The position numbers and the translations under genes were made by a program. The notes below the pieces were generated by a model. That model did no database searches, was not told the origin of the DNA, and saw only the letters and a list, made by a program, of their open reading frames with translations. A DNA stretch of 64,000 nt from positions 1 to 64,000 of IMG/VR virus record IMGVR_UViG_3300030099_007533. One strand, written 5' to 3'. The number at the start of each line of letters is the position of its first letter. Position 1 is the stretch's first letter. Shown here piece after piece: positions 8,705 to 16,214 of this stretch. This DNA is from a virus.

Positions 8705-11476
8705 TTATTTTTTTACCTTGTCAGCTTTTTTTGCAATTTTTGTAGATAATTTATCATAATTGCTTGCAATATAAGTTGATAAATCCTGATTAAACTTATC
8801 AGATGGGAACAATACTTTGTTATCCTGTAGATCTTTTAATCTTGCCAGCAACAATTGAGAATCACGAATTAAAGTTGAGGCATTTATTGTTTTTGTATAA
8901 ACACCATTAGCCAATTGCAGATTGTCAGAAACATTATTTATGGTGTACAAACCGCCAATTTCAAAATCGTTTGAGCGGTTTTGTTCTCTTAACCTTTGTA
9001 GTTGCTGTGGGGTTGGATTGTCCGGTATTGAAGCCACTCCTTTGCCCAAAGTATAGCTTGGCACATAAATCAAGTTACTAAACTCATACACGCGATTACC
9101 AAACAATTCAGCACTAATTGTATATTGAAAATTAGTTGAGATAATATCATCTGGGACACCGGGTTTTTTCTCATTTAAAACATGAGATAAGTTTGTCAAC
9201 GTATCATCAGAGTTGGAATTAAAAGATAAGTTTTTTAACAATCCATTAGAAGAACCTATAACTAATTTACTTATGCCCGTGTCCAAGAGGTCCCCATCTT
9301 TTTTAAAAAAAGTCTCTCTAAAACGAGCTACTCTTTTGCCCAAAAATATTCCTGAATTTTCATATAAAAGGTTGCTGCTTTGACCTATGAAAAAACACCC
9401 AGTGGATGATTTAATGTCAGCGGAATCAAAATACCCTTTGCAAAAATCATCAAACACCTTTTCGTCTCCTTGAAAAAGTTTATTATATTTTTTATCAACT
9501 GCTGGTGTTTTTTGTAAAAAGTCTTTTTCAAATTTTCTAATATCAAAGTGATAGTATGGATAAGAAAGAGATGGAAAAGCAGCGATATTGTTTTTATTTA
9601 TAACGGCTGTTGGCAAAGCTTTTTGAACAAAAAAGTTAATAAATTTTTTAAAATTTGCATTTGGAAAATTCTTAAAAAAGTCAATAAGTATTTGTCTTAA
9701 AGTGCCCTCAGTCAATGCAAGATCACCAATATTACACCAATATTTATCTCCCGTAGGTAGCGGGTATGCCACATTACCTAAAATATAGTATGGTAATTCA
9801 TAACGAGGATTATTTGTTGAATACAAAATAGTGTTGTTTTTATCATAACTTTCTGATAGATTATATATGCCTCGGAGGATGTCTTTAAAGAAAATAAAAG
9901 TAGTGCTTGTTTCTTTTTGATTTTTCTTGTGATTTTTTAAAGTTGCCTCTATTATTTTTTCAGAGGACTTTCTAATGTTTTCTGCCTCGTCTCTTAGAGC
10001 CGCCTTGTCATCTGCTTGCTCATAGGTTTCAACGTTAATTAAAATATCCAATGCCTGATCTTCAATTGAGCCCTCTGCATCAGAACTGCTCGTGCCACTT
10101 TCAAAATAAGTTCGTGTGGGATTGCCGGGAGCAAGCCCTATTTTAACCTTTAGGGTGTTATTAATCTTCTTTACATCGTTGCTTCTTTTTATTTCTGTTT
10201 TTAAACTGTAAGAATTAAAAAGATTAAGATTTTTAAAATCTTCAATAATATAATTGGCAAACAATGGTCCACTATCTTTCAAAAGACTTTGTAAGTTTTG
10301 GGAAAGTTTTTTTAATCTTTTAAAACTGGCGAAGAGTCGTCTTTGGAGTGTGCCCTTTTTAAAAGGATTAATTTTTCCTTTCTCTCTAAAAGCTTTTTCA
10401 ACTTTCTCTGCGTCTGCGGTCTTAAGGGTTTGTTTATATCTCTTGATTGCTTGTTTAAGCCTTATAACTCGCTTTCGCATATCAAGTATGTCTCTTCCCA
10501 GTTTAGTTTTTTTAATCACTGCTTTTTCTGACAAGATTTTATCAACGATTGCCTCTCCAAGACCCGGTTTGTTTTCTAAGTCTGCTAATGGAGATGGGAT
10601 ATACTCAACATTTAAAGTAAAACTTCCATCTTGATTAAAGTTTATTTTGTGAGTTATGGGAGTTATTTTATAATAAACTTTTTCAAACTTATCAATAATT
10701 TCTTTCTCTTTTCTGCTTAAAATATCATCAGATACGCCGTCAGAATAAGTCCAGCCATATTCTAATACCAGCCTAAACTCTGTACTTCTTTTAATTAATT
10801 CTTTGTAAGTAATGTTTTGGACCTTGTTAAAAAATCCAGTGAAAGCTCCAAAATTATTGCCGCCATAACTCAAGCCAGACAGAGTGCCTTGCTCAATTGC
10901 AGGCTTATTTATGAGCACTTCATAAGATGAGAAAAAGAATTGAGCATTCAAAGTAATTGGATCATAATCTCCAGTAATATTATAAATGCGGTTTGCGTTA
11001 ATGGAGATAATCCCCGCCCCCTCACCTCGGGCTGTTGATTTACGATTCTTTAGAAAGAAATCTAAATCAAAGGACTTGCTAAAAGATATTGGGATTGCAG
11101 TTTTTTTAAAGGTTGATTTTTTAAGGTTGGTTGAATCAACAACATAAAATCTGGCGTATGGGGACATCGCTGCTAATTGGTGAGGCTTGATTGTTTGCAT
11201 AAATTTTATATGTTCTTTTCTGTTTTCCAGTTTTGAATTTCTCATATAAGATTCAAAATCACAACCATATTTGGCGTTCAATTGAATAATTTTATCCGCC
11301 GCGATTTCACTTCTTTTTGTCTCTACATCCAAAGCCTCTTGTTGTTTTTTGAAAAAAAAGGAAAGTGCATGATTATTATTGCTTATTTTTGGAACAAGTA
11401 TTTGATTTAAGAAAGCCTGCTCCAAGTCCAAGTCAGTAGTTAATTTTGGTTTGAAATATTCAATTTTGCCAGACAT
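8705..11476 (-). CDS. Probable baseplate hub protein (gp27-like by position)
   Basis: 923 aa directly after the LysM gene; RLVLEYGW..S and C-terminal FEIGGLYTINNVSDNL strands typical of hub proteins. Confidence 0.5.
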   Translation of the reverse strand: MSGKIEYFKPKLTTDLDLEQAFLNQILVPKISNNNHALSFFFKKQQEALDVETKRSEIAADKIIQLNAKYGCDFESYMRNSKLENRKEHIKFMQTIKPHQLAAMSPYARFYVVDSTNLKKSTFKKTAIPISFSKSFDLDFFLKNRKSTARGEGAGIISINANRIYNITGDYDPITLNAQFFFSSYEVLINKPAIEQGTLSGLSYGGNNFGAFTGFFNKVQNITYKELIKRSTEFRLVLEYGWTYSDGVSDDILSRKEKEIIDKFEKVYYKITPITHKINFNQDGSFTLNVEYIPSPLADLENKPGLGEAIVDKILSEKAVIKKTKLGRDILDMRKRVIRLKQAIKRYKQTLKTADAEKVEKAFREKGKINPFKKGTLQRRLFASFKRLKKLSQNLQSLLKDSGPLFANYIIEDFKNLNLFNSYSLKTEIKRSNDVKKINNTLKVKIGLAPGNPTRTYFESGTSSSDAEGSIEDQALDILINVETYEQADDKAALRDEAENIRKSSEKIIEATLKNHKKNQKETSTTFIFFKDILRGIYNLSESYDKNNTILYSTNNPRYELPYYILGNVAYPLPTGDKYWCNIGDLALTEGTLRQILIDFFKNFPNANFKKFINFFVQKALPTAVINKNNIAAFPSLSYPYYHFDIRKFEKDFLQKTPAVDKKYNKLFQGDEKVFDDFCKGYFDSADIKSSTGCFFIGQSSNLLYENSGIFLGKRVARFRETFFKKDGDLLDTGISKLVIGSSNGLLKNLSFNSNSDDTLTNLSHVLNEKKPGVPDDIISTNFQYTISAELFGNRVYEFSNLIYVPSYTLGKGVASIPDNPTPQQLQRLREQNRSNDFEIGGLYTINNVSDNLQLANGVYTKTINASTLIRDSQLLLARLKDLQDNKVLFPSDKFNQDLSTYIASNYDKLSTKIAKKADKVKK

Positions 11477-11479
11477 ACT

Positions 11480-11830
11480 TTAATACCCCGTGGCAGACAA
11501 TATGTCCCCTAAAGAACTGGGAACTCTTATAATATCTCCGACTTTGATGTGAGATTCTGTTGGCTTTTTGTTAAACCACGCAATAATCCACCAATATCTT
11601 GAATCACCATAATAAGAGTCCGCGAGTTTGTAATACCTATCACCCAACGACCAAACATGGTCCGTATAATCAAGCTGTAAAATCTCATCAAAAGATGGGT
11701 AAGATATATTCAGAGTCTCGATTATTGGGATGTATTGCCTTCTGCCATTATCAAATTTATCCAAATAGACTCTTTTATAATCTATATCGTTTAAGCTATT
11801 TGTACCAGTTCTATCGTATCTTGATGCCAT
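11480..11830 (-). CDS. LysM-like baseplate protein (T4 gp53 / P2 gpX-like)
   Basis: HVWSLGDRYYKLADSYYGDSRYWWIIAWFN...IKVGDIIRVP. Confidence 0.85.
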   Translation of the reverse strand: MASRYDRTGTNSLNDIDYKRVYLDKFDNGRRQYIPIIETLNISYPSFDEILQLDYTDHVWSLGDRYYKLADSYYGDSRYWWIIAWFNKKPTESHIKVGDIIRVPSSLGDILSATGY

Positions 11831-11838
11831 TTTACTAT

Positions 11839-12687
11839 CTACCGTAAGATTTTTGCCTCACTTAAATCTCCTGATAATCCAAAAGTCTTGCTTAGATCTT
11901 CCGAACTTCTTTGTTGAATCGGGCTAAAAATATTGTGTCTTGTTCTATATGGATAATCTGTTGGATTGTTTGGTCTGCCATTAATTGTTCCGATAACTTT
12001 TTCATGAAGTACGTTCATTGTAAAGCCAATTGTATATTCTCTAAAAAACAAGTTGCTTGTGCCACCCTCAGATCTATCCATAAAAAATCCATCTGCTGGA
12101 TTAAAGCTATAAGTAAAGTTATTGATATATCCAAGCAGCCCTCTAAAAGAAAACTTTGGGTCTACGATCAAATTGGCAAACTTGACTCTAACAAGTGGTG
12201 GGGACGCAATAATTAAGTCACCTTTAAACTCGTTATAAGATGGATAAATATTTTTAATAAATTGATTGACCTTTTTCATGTTTTCGTTTGCATCAACTTC
12301 ATCAAAACACGGAATTTTTAACGTGACCCTTATTGTTCTTGATGTCCCTCTGTAAGTTGGGATCGGATCATTTCTACCATAAACAGGCGTTGCACTAAAA
12401 CTTGGGTTGAAGTTTTGGTTCAAGCTTGTTATGTAGGCTGGGAAACTTAAGGCTGTTGACGAAAACAAGTTTGTCAAAGCTGTTGAGCCAGCAGTGGTTG
12501 GAAATGAAATTCTTATATTCGCAAAGTTTAACCTATTTCTTAAAGAAGCTTCTGCTGGTAGTGCGGTTCTTAAAGTTGGATCATTTATTGGTCCACCAAA
12601 CAACTCATCCCCGAGACCTGCGCCGCCGCCAAGAAGTCCTTCAAGCGTGTTGCCAAGTGTAAAGGGGTTTTTTACTGATAATGCCAT
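11839..12687 (-). CDS. Tail tube initiator / baseplate protein (gp48/gp54/P2 gpU-like)
   Basis: Follows the tape measure gene; FPAYITSLNQNF...VYGRNDPIPTYRGTSRTI and PPLVRVKF motifs. Confidence 0.65.
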   Translation of the reverse strand: MALSVKNPFTLGNTLEGLLGGGAGLGDELFGGPINDPTLRTALPAEASLRNRLNFANIRISFPTTAGSTALTNLFSSTALSFPAYITSLNQNFNPSFSATPVYGRNDPIPTYRGTSRTIRVTLKIPCFDEVDANENMKKVNQFIKNIYPSYNEFKGDLIIASPPLVRVKFANLIVDPKFSFRGLLGYINNFTYSFNPADGFFMDRSEGGTSNLFFREYTIGFTMNVLHEKVIGTINGRPNNPTDYPYRTRHNIFSPIQQRSSEDLSKTFGLSGDLSEAKILR

Positions 12688-12716
12688 ACAATAAATAGAT
12701 TAAATAAAAAATTATT

Positions 12717-14093
12717 TTATTTTGTTTGGGGTTTGATCGCTTGAAAACCAAGGTTCAGCCCGATAGCTTCTAACGCCTTTAAAGCTGCTGCGTTGGTAAG
12801 ATCTTCTGGACTGGGGGTAATTGGCTTGGCAATTTCTTTGATTCTCGCTGGGTTAGGATCAGAGACGGCTTTTTGAAGGTCGTCGGCTGTTTTAGAGAAA
12901 CTTTTTACCGCGTCTGTAAATTTATCTGAAGCACCATTAAACTTCGTGCCTGCTGAATTAATTCCTGCAACCGCAGCAAGCTGTTGTTTAGCAACAATTC
13001 TGCGTTGTGCAGCAATAAATTGTGCGCGTTTAGCTTCAAAAGTCGCAGCACGCTTTCGCATTTCATCCGTTATTCCACCACCGGCTGCTCTGGCGTCACG
13101 CAGTTGTCTTTGTGCTTCAGAGATATCAACCCCTCTCACAAGTGCTGTCTGTATTGCCTCTCTACCAAATTGCGGTAATGCCCTACTCAGGGTAAGAGAC
13201 AACCCTCTCTGTTGTGCTGGGGTTAAAGTTTTTGAAGCACTGCTGAACTTTCTCAAAGCTTCTTGCAAACCTTGTCTTTGCACATCTGGGTCTGCACTCA
13301 TCAACTTTGATACGTCGATACCAACACCGACCATTGTTCCAATTTGGGATAATCGCGCAGCAAGTTGTTGCCTGCCTGTAATCGTTTGCATACTTCCCAA
13401 CTGTTTATTAATGATATCGCCTGTTGCCCCTAAAGCGCGACCAAAAGCTTCAGAATTTAAAGTAGCTTTTTCGATTTTGTCGTTCGATTCACCAAAATAA
13501 TTGCCGGTTGTCAACAAACTCTGACCCAAGTTTAGCAATGCATCATTTGGCAACCCAAGCCTGTAAGCCAGCCCAACAAGACGATCGCCAAATTTTGCAG
13601 ACGTATCAATTGCTCTATCAGTCTGAAATGTAAACTTTTGTGTAAAACCAACTAATTTTGATTGATCAATAACGTTCGAATTTTTTGCAATCTCCAAAGA
13701 GACTAATTTTGCAGCATCCTTAAACCTATTGAATCCGCCAGATGCAAGGGCAACCTCTTTATTAACCAAGGCAAACGATTGTCCGATTCCTGCAAAAGCG
13801 CCTTGAATATTTGTTTCCTCAATACCAAGCATGGCTTTATTCAAGTTTACAAATGCATCGCTAATATTGTTTACTGCGTCAAGACCATCTTTTCCCAAAG
13901 TCTTATTAAGGGCGACTTGCATTGTTTCCAGTTGATTTAATGCCTGAATGCCTTCGCCAACCCGTCTATTTAAAAAATCAAAGCTTTTTGTTATTAATTG
14001 TACTTCAGCCCTAAATTTAATTGTATCAGGAAGGGCGGCTCGCAACCCCTGATTAAACTCTGCAATTTTTTCCAAACCTGTCTTTGGCGGCAT
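12717..14093 (-). CDS. Tape measure protein
   Basis: Ala/Gly/Leu/Gln-rich helical 458-aa protein between the tail chaperone and the tube initiator. Confidence 0.7.
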   Translation of the reverse strand: MPPKTGLEKIAEFNQGLRAALPDTIKFRAEVQLITKSFDFLNRRVGEGIQALNQLETMQVALNKTLGKDGLDAVNNISDAFVNLNKAMLGIEETNIQGAFAGIGQSFALVNKEVALASGGFNRFKDAAKLVSLEIAKNSNVIDQSKLVGFTQKFTFQTDRAIDTSAKFGDRLVGLAYRLGLPNDALLNLGQSLLTTGNYFGESNDKIEKATLNSEAFGRALGATGDIINKQLGSMQTITGRQQLAARLSQIGTMVGVGIDVSKLMSADPDVQRQGLQEALRKFSSASKTLTPAQQRGLSLTLSRALPQFGREAIQTALVRGVDISEAQRQLRDARAAGGGITDEMRKRAATFEAKRAQFIAAQRRIVAKQQLAAVAGINSAGTKFNGASDKFTDAVKSFSKTADDLQKAVSDPNPARIKEIAKPITPSPEDLTNAAALKALEAIGLNLGFQAIKPQTK

Positions 14094-14265
14094 TTATTGA
14101 TCCTCTTCCTTTGGTGTATTTAACTCAATAAATTTATTAAATATCCAATCCCTTTTTGATACAGCGAGGTCACAAATATCTTTATATGTCCAACCCCCAG
14201 ATGAAATTAATGTCATAATGTTAGAGTAAACCATCTCCAAATAATTAGAGTTCAGGGAAAAAAAA
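14094..14265 (-). CDS. Tail assembly chaperone extension (lambda gpT-like), probably reached by frameshift
   Basis: Open frame +1 relative to the upstream gene from the U8 run: FFSLNSNYLEMVYSNIMTLISSGGWTYKDICDLAVSKRDWIFNKFIELNTPKEEDQ; its stop abuts the tape measure ATG. Confidence 0.6.
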
Positions 14266-15033
14266 GTTCGCCTGAATTGGCAGACCCCCTTGACTCTCTT
14301 TGCCACAAGAGCCACACACAGTTTTTCTCTCCGTGTTGATGGACGGCATTGAACCATTATATGCCTTTGATAAAGCTCTGGAATCCATAATCCGTATACC
14401 ATCAACAAATTTTGAAATCTCCTCTTTATCCTCAACCCCATCAATTGAAACAATAATTCTTTTAAAAAACTCAATATTAAAATTTGTATTAATATTAAGT
14501 TTCTTCATTTTTTCAACAGACTTATTAATTGATTCTAAATCTTTTGGTAAAAGATTCCTAAACTCAACAACTTTATTTGATTTTGGCAATTCAAATATTG
14601 TTGTGCCCGCTTCTGTTTTTTCGTATTCGCTATCAATAACATCTGCCAACACCGCACTTAAATTGATTATTTCTTCTTGGGTTTTGGAACAGAAAGGGCA
14701 AACAGAAGCAACTTCGTATTCTGGACCATACGCCTCAATTCTTGCAGCCAACAACATAGCCATCTTGTCTGTTTCGTGTATATCTTTTGGATCTACTTTA
14801 ATTAACATTATGCTTTCCAGCAATTTATCCACAGCAATACCATTTTCAACATAAGACTGATTTGTTAAAATATCCTCTTCTCTGGTGGTCATCATTTTGA
14901 TTTCTACTTGTGGAATATTGTGCAGTGGATGAGCTTGAGGATAAAAAGCGCCGCATGTTGGTAAATCAACATAGTGGGTCATACCCCCGTATTGATTGGA
15001 AGAAGGATTATCTTCCATATTAAATTGTTTCAT
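14245..15033 (-). CDS. Baseplate hub / tail assembly chaperone (T4 gp26-like)
   Basis: VDLPTCGAFYP, MTTREEDILTN, CPFC and CGSC zinc knuckles, ends ANFFFPEL. Confidence 0.8.
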   Translation of the reverse strand: MKQFNMEDNPSSNQYGGMTHYVDLPTCGAFYPQAHPLHNIPQVEIKMMTTREEDILTNQSYVENGIAVDKLLESIMLIKVDPKDIHETDKMAMLLAARIEAYGPEYEVASVCPFCSKTQEEIINLSAVLADVIDSEYEKTEAGTTIFELPKSNKVVEFRNLLPKDLESINKSVEKMKKLNINTNFNIEFFKRIIVSIDGVEDKEEISKFVDGIRIMDSRALSKAYNGSMPSINTERKTVCGSCGKESQGGLPIQANFFFPEL

Positions 15034-15047
15034 TTATACCTCTTAAG

Positions 15048-15605
15048 TTAATAAGTTTTTTCAAAACCAGCTTCATTTGCATAAGTTAGAGCAGCCCAAT
15101 CATAACTAATTTTCATTGTTGTGCCAATAAGACCTGTGCTTGTGTAGGAGAGCTTACTAAAGTTTATGCCTGAAATAAAAGCTCCGTACAGAGTCCATTG
15201 CTCATATACATTTCCCTCTGGATTAATTATTTGTATCATAACATCTCCAAGGGATTCCATTAAGGATGATTTGCTCATATTTTTTAAATTTGCAGCGGAA
15301 ACTTGATTGGGATTGTCATAGCCCAATTTTTTATACTTATTTAATATTATGCCTGATACTGAATCAACTATCCCGTTATCAAATGTTTCTCTAATTGTGA
15401 AAGAAACATCTGACCAGCTTACAACCGCGCCGGGATATTTAAATTTCCAATTTAATAATTGATATTGTCGCGGGGTGTCAAAGACTGGGTTTGGTCTATT
15501 AACGTCTGAGACAAGTGCGAAAGGCACGTCTTGAATCCGCAATAAAAAGCGAAAACCGCTCTGTAAGCTTTGCTCATAGATAGATTGTTCAATTAACTCT
15601 GCCAT
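15048..15605 (-). CDS. Tail tube protein, paralog 2 (gp19-like)
   Basis: FRFLLRI, KYPG.VSWSDVSFT, EQWTLYGAFI..INFSKLSY and ISYDWA motifs. Confidence 0.85.
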   Translation of the reverse strand: MAELIEQSIYEQSLQSGFRFLLRIQDVPFALVSDVNRPNPVFDTPRQYQLLNWKFKYPGAVVSWSDVSFTIRETFDNGIVDSVSGIILNKYKKLGYDNPNQVSAANLKNMSKSSLMESLGDVMIQIINPEGNVYEQWTLYGAFISGINFSKLSYTSTGLIGTTMKISYDWAALTYANEAGFEKTY

Positions 15606-15613
15606 CTAAGTAA

Positions 15614-16183
15614 TTATGCCACTGTTGTATTTTGATCTACTTCAAAAATTTCAACATCTGCATAATCGTAAGAGAAGCCAACACCAACCGTATTAATGCC
15701 GCCCTGTCCATACTGCAACTTAGAGTAAGTTACTGAATTTACAAAGGGATTAAAAAGAGTCCACTTTTCAACAACAGAGCCATTGGAATCCAATACTTTA
15801 ATTGCGATGTTGCCTAAGTTTCCGTCAACAAACTTCTCTTTAGATAAAGTTGTTCTCCATCCCTCGTTATCAACAGTCCAAGTTGAGGGTGGGTTGTATC
15901 CAGCTTTCTTGATGGATTCCAACACCAAGCCCGATACATCAGGGTCGATTGGTTCAACAAGAGTCACAGATACATCATTCCACTGAACTTTGCCGGGAAA
16001 CTTAAATTGATGACCTAAAAAGTCATGAGTTGCTCCACCTTGGAATTTTGGGCTTGGTCGAGTTGCATCGGTTACAACCCAAGCTGGAATGTCTCCAAGG
16101 GTTAATACAAACTTAAACGCTCTTTTTGGCTCAATCTTTACTGATGCCCATGGTGGAATTGGTGATGCTTTATTTACAGCCAT
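15614..16183 (-). CDS. Tail tube protein, paralog 1 (gp19-like)
   Basis: EPKRAFKFVL, KFPGKVQWNDVSVTL, EKWTLFNPF and FSYDYA motifs; directly after the sheath gene. Confidence 0.88.
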   Translation of the reverse strand: MAVNKASPIPPWASVKIEPKRAFKFVLTLGDIPAWVVTDATRPSPKFQGGATHDFLGHQFKFPGKVQWNDVSVTLVEPIDPDVSGLVLESIKKAGYNPPSTWTVDNEGWRTTLSKEKFVDGNLGNIAIKVLDSNGSVVEKWTLFNPFVNSVTYSKLQYGQGGINTVGVGFSYDYADVEIFEVDQNTTVA

Positions 16184-16214
16184 TATTTATACTCCTGCTT
16201 TCCTATTAATTAGT

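Noticed and set aside
11352-11359. Another U8 run, in the 923-aa hub gene
   Set aside because: It sits early in a long intact ORF with no positional reason for recoding; homopolymers are common in this AT-rich DNA.
14266-14474. N-terminal part of the 126-aa ORF 14094-14474
   Set aside because: It overlaps the chaperone gene in another frame; only the part after the U8 run looks protein-like.
16185-16192. Sense-strand TATAAATA (exact T4 late box) before the first tail tube gene
   Set aside because: It lies between the SD and the ATG and I saw no comparable upstream copy elsewhere; the ACTAATTA at 16207 fits the recurrent pattern better.
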